Source: a virus
Virus record (IMG/VR): IMGVR_UViG_3300029911_000010
Location: 32,001 to 96,000 of that record
Reading direction: 5' to 3' (one strand)
Length of the DNA: 64,000 nt
The translations under genes and the position numbers were made by a program. Positions within the stretch are counted from its first letter, which is position 1; each line of letters begins with the position of its first letter. The notes beneath the pieces are model-generated. The model was not told where the DNA came from. It searched no databases and was given only the letters and a program-made list of their open reading frames with translations. Below are positions 46,401-54,922 of this stretch, one piece after another.

Positions 46401-46832
46401 GTGCTGGAATCGCTGCAGATCGGTGGTGCCCCTGGTTTCGCACAGCCGGGTTTCCTCGCGGATCGCCTCGACCGCCTCGTCGGTGACGCCGGCCAGCGCC
46501 GACGCCTCGCGGATCTTACGCCGCTCATCACGGAAGAGAACGTACTTGCGTCCCGCGTCGGCTTCGCCAACGGCAAACAACGCCTCTTCCACGAAATTCT
46601 GAATTGCCTCGACAGCAATAGTTCCTCCGATAGATGCGATCAACCGTTCGACACGATCGGTTACCTTCGCGGCCAGCGCCCTCGTGTCGTCATCGAGCGC
46701 TCGACCACAATCGTTGACCAGACAAAGCATGACCACCTGGGTGATCTTACTGCGTTGGTATGTGACCAAATTGCCGGAACGTTTGCGTACCTGTAAAGCT
46801 GCAGGCACAACAGTAGAAATGCCAGTCGACAT
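43479..46832 (-). CDS. nrdJ: Class II (B12-dependent) ribonucleotide reductase with ATP cone and intein
   Basis: VRKRSG ATP cone, PSMR, YNC, GGRASGP, GGVRRAA, GTNP/CGE, CNL, TCIKPGG, EHNPSVT, C-terminal CSGDSC. Confidence 0.92.
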   Translation of the reverse strand: MSTGISTVVPAALQVRKRSGNLVTYQRSKITQVVMLCLVNDCGRALDDDTRALAAKVTDRVERLIASIGGTIAVEAIQNFVEEALFAVGEADAGRKYVLFRDERRKIREASALAGVTDEAVEAIREETRLCETRGTTDLQRFQHYDKYARFNDDFKRRETYPESTDRVMGFIQYHLRKHGMPTLEAGDYQMLRDSIINEEATPSMRLMQMAGPAATRCNVGIYNCSYSGIRDVDYFAENLYISMAGAGCGFSCESEFVEQLPRIQRRRRNSVPDVFVVPDATEGWCDSVKHLMYRLYEGYDLDIKYHEIRPEGSRLMTKGGRASGPKPLSDLHTAIRRLFRAREGKRLRDIDVHDSMCYIGQVGQLGGVRRAALISLSNLKSQLMREAKFGKYWENPLYVQRAMSNNSAVYDEKPEAHVFLAEWLSLVISKSGERGIFNRGGLARQMPQRRIDQYGDSFFDVLWGTNPCQPANATVLTRDGIRTMGELKTGDVIWTGKHWSEVTRKVYTGVKPVFRYQTTAGFFLGTENHRVVSHGEKIEAQDAETIDRCVGPITRDDASYLGLQSLPCDRDVLDGLLIGDGSVHAASDNLIYLCVGENDGDVLDRFPSHLSHRPGIRSHAYAIGEDATVTAAELPYTYLRSVPARFKHGDELKIRGFLRGLYSANGSVCGGRVILKATSFKIISDVQEMLSGLGIPSYYTPKAAKAVRFDNGTYECRESYDLNITTGKGRFATMIGFVQGYKQEKANQAALTEQPTRKHSFEIISISDEGSQPVWDITVAADEHTYWTGGMLVSNCGEVILHPDGQFCNLSIPIVRPTDTGVILERKVRLAAIFGTIQSTMTDFSYLRPRWKENCEAERLLGVDLLGALDSPLLRDSNPDRHRLLEHLKQTALSENRVWAKRLGINPSNAVTCIKPGGNSGARYGVGQSMGGWLAQHMIRNVEVGNINPMCRFLKDQGVPHEVCYRDPGTTIFSFPLKAPEGSMVVSDLVTDVSGKVVATKSRRSAMCQLEDWLAFKKHYTEHNPSVTIYVGDDEWPQVAGWVYAHWEDVGGLAFLPLDGGVYPQAPFTPLTPEQFADFTANFPKIEWEKLPRYEHGIDHTNVRKELACSGDSCIM
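44445..45428 (-). mobile_element. Intein with LAGLIDADG endonuclease (328 aa) at RNR NP/CGE active site
   Basis: CQPANATVLT...GLLIGDG...GLYSANG...VWDITV...VSN/C. Confidence 0.9.
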
Positions 46833-46984
46833 GGACTGTCTCCAAAACGTCAAACTATATGTGCTCCCGCCAAACAGAAGCATCGTTTGCCGGGATGCAA
46901 CTGTCTGAGCACACTAACCTAAGTGTGCATCCCTATTTTCGTATAATTCGTTTTCAAAATCAATACCTGAAAATTCGCTGAAAA

Positions 46985-47314
46985 TCAGGGCCTTCCTATC
47001 GGCTGACCTATAGTTGCTCCGACTGCTTTTCTTAGTTTGAAAAAAGTATCGACCGTCCGTTTCATTGCAGGTGGGATGTCGGGAATGGGCTTGCGCATCT
47101 TGACCAAGTCAATGATGGCTGCAGCGGGAATCGGATCGCCGCCGGCCACTTTCTTTGGTGTCTTGGGTGTCTTGCTTGGCTTGCTTTGAATGGTGCTCGA
47201 ACTGGTGTCGTCGGTAATCCGCTCGACTTCTTGCGGAATGTCGATCGACACGGCCATGCCGCTGGTAACGTTGGATGTCGCAAACCGCCGGACCTGACTG
47301 CCGCTCAGTGACAT
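46985..47314 (-). CDS. Hypothetical protein
   Basis: AGGAG RBS, 109 aa. Confidence 0.65.
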   Translation of the reverse strand: MSLSGSQVRRFATSNVTSGMAVSIDIPQEVERITDDTSSSTIQSKPSKTPKTPKKVAGGDPIPAAAIIDLVKMRKPIPDIPPAMKRTVDTFFKLRKAVGATIGQPIGRP

Positions 47315-47328
47315 GACTGTCTCCTATC

Positions 47329-49959
47329 TTAGATGTCCTCGTGGCGAGCTAAAAAAGAGGGGGCACGCAACGCCCCGCTGGCTAGTTGTTCCTGGGCACG
47401 AACGCGGGCGACACGGCCAATCCAGTCATCTGGATTAGCTGCCATGTCAGCCAGAGTCGCGTCGTCAAAGCCAGTGCCGACCTTGCCGACCGGTTCACCA
47501 CCAGGCTGCAAGCTGTACTGAAATCCGCCGACCGTGCTGGCCCGCCGGCCTTCGCCAGGGAAAAAACTGTGAATGTGAACATCGTGGTCCTCGGTCAGCT
47601 TGCTCTTCATCGGCTTGCCGTGCGTCGGATGGATCACCACACCTTCACGGGTCAGGGGATTCTTGCCACCGGCGATGTCCTGCCACATCTGCATCGCCTT
47701 GCCCGGCTCAGCCTCCTGGCTCAGGTGGAATCGCCCCGGAGCTGCTGCTTCAAGAAGCGGCAGAATCTCGCCCAGCATAGCACGACGCTCAGCGTAAGAC
47801 GTTTGATCAAAGTCAACCGGATGCTTCCCGACTTGCTGGACGTCAAAGAGGGCGTTTCGCAGTTGTATTTTCCGATCTCTTTGCTGGGCAATGGCATTCG
47901 CGGGAGTGGCATTGAGGATGCCACCGAGTTCGGACGGGTGTATGGCTGTTTGCACAGTGTCGGATAGTAATGGGTCTCCCGGATTATCTGCCCCAGCTTC
48001 TCCGCCACCGGGCTTGTCGCCTTGTCTAACGCCGTAAAGTTCACCCCTGAGGACTGATCCAACCAGATTCGGCGGGGTTTGTATTGCTGGTCTGCCATGA
48101 AAGAACCTCTCCGTGTGTAAAATGGGCCGGCCTGTCTGCTTGCTCTGTCGGTAACTGGTCAGCTCCACGCCATCCTTGAGCAACTTGATCAAACTAGAAG
48201 CCCCGTCAATCTTAGCCTGCACGCTGGCAGCCGGATCTAACTTGGACAACGTCTGCTCGATCTGGTCGGCGGGGATCTTGGTGTAGTGAATCTTCTGATA
48301 CGGCAGTGACTGCGACGGCGTGGTGTTGATCATCAGCCAATCACGGTCACGCTGGCCGTGCCACTTGGTCAGCATGAAGCGCTCGGGGTGCTTCTTGTCC
48401 ATCCGCGTGAAGTGAATCTCACCGGGGGACACCTTGGTCAACATGATCTGGCCGCTGTCGTGTTTCTTAACAGAGCCGCCGCCGTAGCGCCCCAGGGGAA
48501 TGTCGCCCTCGAAGTCCTTGTAGCCGTAGCGATGCACGGGCTGCTGCACCGCCAGGATGCGCTGGCCCGGCTCTGGAAGCTCATTGCGGGTCGCCCACGA
48601 GTACAAGCCGGTATCCGGGGTGCCGAAGCGAAAGTCGTAATGCGGGCCAGCCTTCTGCGCCAGGTGATGCTGGATAACCAAGTCGTGGTTCTGACCCGGC
48701 TGCAAGGCGTCCCAGTCGCCAAAGTTCTGCCGGCTGGGCAGGCCGGGAGCGGCGTCGGCTTTCTTCTCGTGCTTTTCTTCGTCGTCCGGCTCGTCTTCCT
48801 CCAGCTTGACGTCAGCCTCACGTCGCATGATATCCGGCACGGGCGTCTTGGCCGGTACGTAGGGCTTGAATCCCAGCGACGTGTAGAACGCTGCTAACTC
48901 TGACGTGCCCAGCGCCTTGTCTTTGTACGGGCCGACGTGCAGCTCCAGCGGCTTGTGGCCGTAGGCGTCCAGAACGTGTTCCATCAGCTTGCGAGCCAGT
49001 CCCTTTTCACGATGACGCGGCGAAACGTACAAACCCCTGATCCATCCGGCGTCGTGGCCGGGGACGTCCATTACAGCGACACCGCCGATCTCCCGTCCGT
49101 TGCGGGTGATGTCAAACCGGTGCTCGGGTCCGTGCTGAGCGAAGTTGTCCCGGTAGTCTCCGAAGCGATATTCTTCCGCAAAAGTTGATTTGCTTTTGTC
49201 AGCAGCCACTTTCTGGTTTCCGGCGTCGGCGAAATCTTCAAGGTCGAAAAGATCTGATCCGCCATCGGTTCCAGCTGGTCCACACTGCCTGCCATATCCG
49301 CTATCACCTGAGGGATGTACATCTGCAGCCTTCTTCCTGTATTTGGCGAACATGCCGTCTTCGATTTCACGCGTCGTGTCGGCGTGCTCCAGCCACCATT
49401 TGAACTGCGGCATCGTCAGTGAGTAGATCGAACCCAGCCCCTTCCAGCCGTCCTCGTAGTTCTCCAAGTACAACCGGCGGGCCTGGTCCTCGTTGATAGC
49501 GCCGAAGATAACCTTGTGCTCGTCGAAGTCTTTGGTGCCGGGGTCAACCTGGTTGACGACGAACACCAGCTCGCAATGCGGGTGCTGATCGCCGATGAAC
49601 ACGTCGACATGATCCTTGTCCCGCCCCTCAGTGCCCAGGATGTAGCCATAGTGGCTTTTCATCTCCTGAGACCATTCCTTGCCGTCTCGGCTCTTGCCGC
49701 TGCGGGTGGAGCCCTTGGGATTTTCAATGGAGATGGTCAGCCCGTGAATGTTGAGCTTGCCCTTGGCGTAGTTGCCCGCCTCACGCTGAGCTTCGGTAGG
49801 CTCGGTGTCAGTCTTGGCAGCGGCCCGGTCGATGCGATCCAGGTAATCCGCCAGCTCGCGATTGGCGTGCTGGGCCTGGTCCACCGTGGTATCGGGCACA
49901 ACCGTTACGCGAATAATACGATGTGAAACGCTCAGAATGCTGGTCGGCGAATCTTCCAT
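47329..49959 (-). CDS. Polyvalent protein: InPase-like + GNAT + LigD phosphoesterase + ATP-dependent DNA ligase
   Basis: AGNYAKG..IENPKG..HYGYI..DHVDVF..DEHKV; LYVSPRHREKGLARKLM..FYTSLGF; IQHH..HYDFR..SWA..FEGDIP; KIDG, GELY, FDV, EGVVI, VGTGF. Confidence 0.88.
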   Translation of the reverse strand: MEDSPTSILSVSHRIIRVTVVPDTTVDQAQHANRELADYLDRIDRAAAKTDTEPTEAQREAGNYAKGKLNIHGLTISIENPKGSTRSGKSRDGKEWSQEMKSHYGYILGTEGRDKDHVDVFIGDQHPHCELVFVVNQVDPGTKDFDEHKVIFGAINEDQARRLYLENYEDGWKGLGSIYSLTMPQFKWWLEHADTTREIEDGMFAKYRKKAADVHPSGDSGYGRQCGPAGTDGGSDLFDLEDFADAGNQKVAADKSKSTFAEEYRFGDYRDNFAQHGPEHRFDITRNGREIGGVAVMDVPGHDAGWIRGLYVSPRHREKGLARKLMEHVLDAYGHKPLELHVGPYKDKALGTSELAAFYTSLGFKPYVPAKTPVPDIMRREADVKLEEDEPDDEEKHEKKADAAPGLPSRQNFGDWDALQPGQNHDLVIQHHLAQKAGPHYDFRFGTPDTGLYSWATRNELPEPGQRILAVQQPVHRYGYKDFEGDIPLGRYGGGSVKKHDSGQIMLTKVSPGEIHFTRMDKKHPERFMLTKWHGQRDRDWLMINTTPSQSLPYQKIHYTKIPADQIEQTLSKLDPAASVQAKIDGASSLIKLLKDGVELTSYRQSKQTGRPILHTERFFHGRPAIQTPPNLVGSVLRGELYGVRQGDKPGGGEAGADNPGDPLLSDTVQTAIHPSELGGILNATPANAIAQQRDRKIQLRNALFDVQQVGKHPVDFDQTSYAERRAMLGEILPLLEAAAPGRFHLSQEAEPGKAMQMWQDIAGGKNPLTREGVVIHPTHGKPMKSKLTEDHDVHIHSFFPGEGRRASTVGGFQYSLQPGGEPVGKVGTGFDDATLADMAANPDDWIGRVARVRAQEQLASGALRAPSFLARHEDI

Positions 49960-49980
49960 GACTAAATCATCCAGCTCACC

Positions 49981-50052
49981 TTGACTTCACCTGTTCGGGT
50001 GATATCATACTGACCGTTCATCGAAGTCAAACCTCTATCGAAAGGAGTCGAT
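49981..50052 (+). promoter_or_regulatory. sigma70-like promoter and CsrA-type hairpin of csrA
   Basis: TTGACT-16-TATCAT (49981-50008); ATCGA-AAGGAG-TCGAT over SD (50037-50052). Confidence 0.7.
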
Positions 50053-50053
50053 C

Positions 50054-50482
50054 ATGCTAGTTCTCAGTCGCAAGCGTGACCAGGCCGTCCGAATCGGAAA
50101 AGACATTCGCGTCATGGTCACCGACATTCGCGGTGACAAAGTTCGTATCGGTACGAACGCTCCACCGTGCTACAGAGTGTACCGCAAAGAGATCTACGAT
50201 GGAATCCTCAGGGAAATCGCAGCCGGCGGCAGCCCTCCGGAAGAGCGGATCAAGTCCGGCGCTGGCCAATTGGTGCTAAGCCGCCAGCGTGACGAAAAGC
50301 TGTACGTCATCGATCCGGCCGACTGGAATAAGCCCCTGGTCAGCATCACGGTAGTGGATATTCGCGGCGATAAGATACGTCTCGGCTTTGAGGCAGACAG
50401 ATCGCTTGACGTGGACCGCGAGGAGGTCTATAAGTTGAAATCAGCCGGAGCCGATGCGAAAGCAGGCCAAACGGCGGTCTGA
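50054..50482 (+). CDS. csrA: Tandem two-domain CsrA/RsmA translational regulator
   Basis: MLVLSRK...IRGDKVRIG..AP...VYRKEI and LVLSRQ...IRGDKIRLGFEA...VDREEV. Confidence 0.92.
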   Translation: MLVLSRKRDQAVRIGKDIRVMVTDIRGDKVRIGTNAPPCYRVYRKEIYDGILREIAAGGSPPEERIKSGAGQLVLSRQRDEKLYVIDPADWNKPLVSITVVDIRGDKIRLGFEADRSLDVDREEVYKLKSAGADAKAGQTAV

Positions 50483-50501
50483 GTCATTTGTACTACTCCA
50501 A

Positions 50502-50543
50502 GCAGATCACCCTGGCGCTTACAACGCCAGGGTGGTTTGTTTA
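50502..50543 (+). terminator. Intrinsic terminator after csrA
   Basis: CACCCTGGCG/CGCCAGGGTG stem followed by GTTTGTTTA. Confidence 0.8.
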
Positions 50544-50632
50544 TGTAGACAGCTGCACAACCGTAAAGCCTCTGTCAATCCATTCTCCTTCGAGTCTTTC
50601 AAGGGGCTGAAATGGTGAAAAATCCCCGCCGG

Positions 50633-51184
50633 TCATGCAGCCGTCGTATCCTTGGCTGTATCCGTACGCCCCAGCACGCCCCTCTTCCTTATCGCAACTG
50701 TCACATGAAAATCGTATTTCCCCTCGTTAGGCAAACTGCTTAAGCCGTAGCTGCGCCGCAACTCCTGCAACTCCGGTGAATGCACCCGCAGTATCCAGCA
50801 CTTAGCCACATCAGGCCAGCCAGCCGGCTCCAGCTCCATTAGACGGCCGATGGTGTAGGTGAACGTCTTGCCGCGATCGTTGAGCAGCTTGTCAGTCCCG
50901 CCGATGATGGAGATATCCTCGGGGCGGAACACAGTGATGTGGGCGTCCAGCTTGCCTTCGTGCAGCGGCAGCTCGATGCCGGTTTCGTCCATGGCATCAA
51001 AGATGCCGCGAACCATGGCATTGGGCACCGACAGCAGGCCGTAGGGCTTATCGCGGTGCTGGGCGACGTACAACCGGCCTGACAGGTTGTAGGCCGGCAC
51101 CTGGTCATTGGCAATCTTCTCGCCCAGGCGGTACGCCTGGTTGTGCCAGTAACTGAAATTGTCGATGGGGCTCAGAACGCTCAT
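50633..51184 (-). CDS. 2H phosphoesterase
   Basis: Two HxT motifs (AHITV, FHVTV); N-terminal EKIA motif. Confidence 0.8.
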   Translation of the reverse strand: MSVLSPIDNFSYWHNQAYRLGEKIANDQVPAYNLSGRLYVAQHRDKPYGLLSVPNAMVRGIFDAMDETGIELPLHEGKLDAHITVFRPEDISIIGGTDKLLNDRGKTFTYTIGRLMELEPAGWPDVAKCWILRVHSPELQELRRSYGLSSLPNEGKYDFHVTVAIRKRGVLGRTDTAKDTTAA

Positions 51185-51339
51185 TGCACTGCAGGTCCGA
51201 AAACGTGATAGCCGAGCAACGCAAGCAGGATGAAAACCACAAGCCAGGCGCTTGATCGCCGTTCAAACGGCCATAAGACTACGCCGCTGAAAACGACGGA
51301 AATCACGAAAATGATCCAAAACCAATTTCCAGCATTCAT
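51181..51339 (-). CDS. Small two-TM membrane protein (52 aa)
   Basis: MNAGNWFWIIFVISVVFSGVVLWPFERRSSAWLVVFILLALLGYHVFGPAVQ; GGAG RBS, ATGA overlap. Confidence 0.7.
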   Translation of the reverse strand: MNAGNWFWIIFVISVVFSGVVLWPFERRSSAWLVVFILLALLGYHVFGPAVQ

Positions 51340-51388
51340 GGTAACTCTCCGGTGAAATTACTTGCCGCCAGTTCGACGCCTATCCTGT

Positions 51389-51778
51389 TCACTTCTGATC
51401 CATCGATAAGCGAGGATCGGGTCTGTCAGCCGACTGAACCTGACGAACCATGCGCTGACGAGTTTGCTGCACGTCAGGATTGCCGGCAATGGCAACCAGC
51501 TGGGCCGCTACCTCCGGGGGCAGCATCTGGTTAGCCATGTTGACCATGTTGGTGTTGTGTTCCTGCATGGCGGCTTGCAGCTGCTCGATGGACTTGCCGT
51601 GAGCATCGACCACGGGATTACCCCGTATCGCCTGGATGACCATGACAGCCACCTGACCGATGATCCATATCAAGATGGCGACGTTGGAAAGCGACCACTC
51701 ACTGCCGCCAGTAGACGGAGGCAGCTGGCCGAGAACGACGAAGTATCCGAGGGGAATAAGAGAAAGAAGGAAAGCCAT
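51389..51778 (-). CDS. Membrane protein with coiled coil (holin-like)
   Basis: Two hydrophobic segments; SD in GGTCA-AAGGAG-TGACC hairpin (51779-51794). Confidence 0.6.
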   Translation of the reverse strand: MAFLLSLIPLGYFVVLGQLPPSTGGSEWSLSNVAILIWIIGQVAVMVIQAIRGNPVVDAHGKSIEQLQAAMQEHNTNMVNMANQMLPPEVAAQLVAIAGNPDVQQTRQRMVRQVQSADRPDPRLSMDQK

Positions 51779-51842
51779 GGTCACTCCTTTGACCCAACCT
51801 CAGTTTGTACCCTGTCTTAGATTGCATAATACTCGACGATAG

Positions 51843-52124
51843 TCACTGGTACAAACGATACCCCTCGTACTGATCTCCCCTGTGATAGTTTGCCGGGCAG
51901 TCGCATGCTTCGGTCAACAGCGCCAGCGCCGCCCGCACGCTGGCTTGCGAATGGCCCCAAACAGGCCCGATCCTCTTGCCCGACGCCCGGCACTCCACCA
52001 CGACGCAGGCTTGCTTCTTACTGACCTTGGGGTTTATCGCCGATCCAAAGTAAACCGTGGCTCCGGCAGTCTTGGAGCTGCCACCTCGGCTGGATGTGCG
52101 CTGGCGGGGACGACGCATGGACAT
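51843..52124 (-). CDS. Small basic Cys-containing protein
   Basis: GGAG RBS, 93 aa. Confidence 0.6.
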   Translation of the reverse strand: MSMRRPRQRTSSRGGSSKTAGATVYFGSAINPKVSKKQACVVVECRASGKRIGPVWGHSQASVRAALALLTEACDCPANYHRGDQYEGYRLYQ

Positions 52125-52125
52125 A

Positions 52126-52986
52126 TTATTGCTGCTCGCCGGATTTTCTCAGCTTGGTAATCCGTCGCTTGGGCCGGCGACTTAGCTTGTCAGCAAACGC
52201 CTTTCGCGGGTCAGGGTCATCAACAGGTTTGCTTTCGCTGGCATTGCCCAGCGCCAGAATCTTCTCGGCACCGGGAATCAGCTTGGCAATGATCAGTACG
52301 CTTCGCGGGTGCATCGGCGTGCCGCTCTTACTGTAAGCTTCCAGTTGGTCGTACACCTGCTGGGCCGTGGCGGCGATGGTGCCGGCTGGCATTTCCTGGA
52401 AGTCCGGGTCGACCGCCAGCTTGAGACGGATCTCGCTGACCGTGATACTGATCATGTGACCGGCAGCAACCGCCTGGCCGTCGCCCGGCGGAACGATCAT
52501 GTTGTTCTGGGCTGCCCAGTTGGCGACGTTCCTGCTGAGCACAAGCCGGGGCATGGCGTTGTGTGCGCCGGGCACCAGGGCACATAGCTCCTGGATTCGC
52601 AGCAAGATGTCTTTCTCCAGGGCTTCCACCCGGCTGGTCTGCCCAGCCATCGACGCCGCATCCCGCTTGCGATACAGGGATGTCAGGTGATCCTCCAACG
52701 TCTTTTGCATCGTCGTCCGCTCGTGAGCCGACAAGCCGCCGACTGGCATGGGCGAATGGCCGGTTTCACGCCTGGACATCTCGCGGGCGAAATTGCTGGC
52801 AAAGAACCGGTCAACCCGGCAACCACACGGGTAAAGCCGCCAGATCTGCTGGGCGGGCACCGTCGAGGCATCACAGCCGGAGAAGCCCTGCACCGGCCTT
52901 TGACAGCTAGGGCAGGGAGTCTCCAACTGCGAAGTCAGCGACTTGGAGTAGATCTGGGGCCTGTTGTACGGCGAGGTGTCGCTCAT
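52126..52986 (-). CDS. Hypothetical protein with N-terminal Zn ribbon
   Basis: CPSC...PCGC; ATGA overlap. Confidence 0.7.
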   Translation of the reverse strand: MSDTSPYNRPQIYSKSLTSQLETPCPSCQRPVQGFSGCDASTVPAQQIWRLYPCGCRVDRFFASNFAREMSRRETGHSPMPVGGLSAHERTTMQKTLEDHLTSLYRKRDAASMAGQTSRVEALEKDILLRIQELCALVPGAHNAMPRLVLSRNVANWAAQNNMIVPPGDGQAVAAGHMISITVSEIRLKLAVDPDFQEMPAGTIAATAQQVYDQLEAYSKSGTPMHPRSVLIIAKLIPGAEKILALGNASESKPVDDPDPRKAFADKLSRRPKRRITKLRKSGEQQ

Positions 52987-54152
52987 GGTAACAGTTTAGC
53001 GTTCTTCATCGCCGGGACCATCACGCGGTTGACCTGCATGTCCAGGCGTCCGTTCATCTGTATCAGTCGGCGGATGGAGGCTTCGGCTGCCAGAAGCCGG
53101 GTCATGGGATCGTCAGCTGACAACGGCGCTGGATTGTCGGCCGGATGATTGACCACTTCCTGGGTCTTGACCTCCAGCGGGCCAAAGCAGCCGCCCAGCG
53201 CCTGCTGGGGAAGCGTAGTCCAGTTGACCGCCGCCTTGAACGTGCCGCTGGACGTAGACCAGCAGGCGGCACGCACTGACGGATTTCCGGAGTCCAACGG
53301 TTGGTAGATCGCCTTGTGATAGCCCGACGCCCAGCGGGCCACCGCGCAGTTGGCCTGCTCCATGGCATTGATCACGTCGGCCGGCACCAGGTCGTAGCTG
53401 ACGCCCTGGTTGTTGGTGTCGTTGCAGTAGACTATGCCTCGAAGGCCGGCCGTCACCGCCAGCCAGACCTGGGCGTTGATTTCGGCCGCCGTGGCGTAAC
53501 GACGATCGACTGCCCAGTTGTTGAACTGGTTGCCCAGGCCGATGCAGCCGATCTTGGGCTTGTTGGACCACTGATTCATGACCGACAGCACGTGGGTGAC
53601 AATCTCCAGGCTGGAGCTGGCCGACCAGCCTGCCAGCGGATAAATGTCGTTGCCCAGCCAGTCAGCCGCCTTGATGTAGTGCTGGTAGATGGCCGGGGCC
53701 TGTCCGTTGGGCCAGCTCATCACGTAGTTGTTGCTGAACATGACGGCCACCGGCAGCTTGGGCGCTACCGTTTTCATCGTCGAGTAAGCCAGCTGTAACG
53801 TGTTGGGATCGATCTTGGACGAATCCGGCTCGTCGCCGTGCAGCCACGCCAGCAAGCCAACCGTCAAGGCATCCCGCGACAAGCCGGCCTGGTCGGTGAA
53901 CTCAGCCAGGGGAGCCCGCATCTGCCACAATTCGTTGACAGTAGCCTCGGACGACCAGTGATTAACGTTGTAGCCCTGGGGGATCTCGACGACGGTGTTG
54001 ATGCCGCGTCGCTTCCAACGGACAAAATCCTCGCTGGACGGCTGCCACACGCCAATCGGGAAGTACGGCGGCGTTGAGAGGGTGATTTGGGGCACGACTG
54101 TCTCGACGGCCAGTGTCGAAACATCTGGTCTCGTCGCAGATCCGGTTGTCAT
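52983..54152 (-). CDS. Glycoside hydrolase-like (TIM-barrel) protein
   Basis: FPIGVW, GINTV, WLHGDEPD, DIYP, WLAVTAGLRGIVY. Confidence 0.65.
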   Translation of the reverse strand: MTTGSATRPDVSTLAVETVVPQITLSTPPYFPIGVWQPSSEDFVRWKRRGINTVVEIPQGYNVNHWSSEATVNELWQMRAPLAEFTDQAGLSRDALTVGLLAWLHGDEPDSSKIDPNTLQLAYSTMKTVAPKLPVAVMFSNNYVMSWPNGQAPAIYQHYIKAADWLGNDIYPLAGWSASSSLEIVTHVLSVMNQWSNKPKIGCIGLGNQFNNWAVDRRYATAAEINAQVWLAVTAGLRGIVYCNDTNNQGVSYDLVPADVINAMEQANCAVARWASGYHKAIYQPLDSGNPSVRAACWSTSSGTFKAAVNWTTLPQQALGGCFGPLEVKTQEVVNHPADNPAPLSADDPMTRLLAAEASIRRLIQMNGRLDMQVNRVMVPAMKNAKLLP

Positions 54153-54180
54153 GAATTCTCCTGTAAAACAACTTTTACGG

Positions 54181-54672
54181 TTAGTCCTCGTTCGTTTCCA
54201 GCTGACTCAAAACGTCGTTGCCGTTCATGTTGGCCCGCTCCTTGATGGCAGCTGCGTCCCAGCGGTCGCAGTCGCTCAAAGCCTCAATCACGGCGTCCTG
54301 GGCCTGCTCGGCGCTCTGCCCGGCGGCATAGCCTTGAGAGTCGGGTCGCAGCGAACGCCAGATCGCCAGCAGGTTGGCCCGAACGTAGCGATTAAAGTTG
54401 ACCTGGCTGCGTCCGGGGCCGGCGCTGGGCTGCTTCTTGGTGTGCCCGGCCACATTCAGCAACTGTTGAGCTTGCGATACGTAGACAAAGGCGTTGACGA
54501 CGGAGTACAGGTGAGGCGAGTAGCTGCTGATCATGCACGGATACTCAGCCGGCTTACTCTTCCATTCGATCTGCTGCCATCCCCTTTCTTCCTCGTATTG
54601 GCGGCAGTACGACTCCCAGGCTTGCTCGGACGGGATGATTGTCCATCCCGATCCTGTTTCTTTTGTGTCCAT
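54181..54672 (-). CDS. Hypothetical protein
   Basis: 163-aa ORF in operon. Confidence 0.7.
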   Translation of the reverse strand: MDTKETGSGWTIIPSEQAWESYCRQYEEERGWQQIEWKSKPAEYPCMISSYSPHLYSVVNAFVYVSQAQQLLNVAGHTKKQPSAGPGRSQVNFNRYVRANLLAIWRSLRPDSQGYAAGQSAEQAQDAVIEALSDCDRWDAAAIKERANMNGNDVLSQLETNED

Positions 54673-54673
54673 G

Positions 54674-54922
54674 TCAATTGTTTCCGTTAAGGCGTTTTTG
54701 TTCTTTGACCAGCCATCTCTGGTTGCGATCGGCCCAGGCAGTCAGCAATGACTTTCGCCGGTAGCCGGTCTTGTCCCGCAGACGTTTGAGAATAGAGCGG
54801 ATGGTCTCCGTGGGAATATCCAGCTCAATGCTCATCTCAATGCAGGTCGAGCCGACCGGCAGACGCATTGCCACGACAATTTCTTTGTAGCTAAGCTCCG
54901 GCTTTTCCGTCATCGTTATCAT
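54674..54922 (-). CDS. LuxR-type HTH protein
   Basis: LSYKEIVV...GSTCIEMSIELDIPTETIRSILKRLRDKTG. Confidence 0.7.
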   Translation of the reverse strand: MITMTEKPELSYKEIVVAMRLPVGSTCIEMSIELDIPTETIRSILKRLRDKTGYRRKSLLTAWADRNQRWLVKEQKRLNGNN

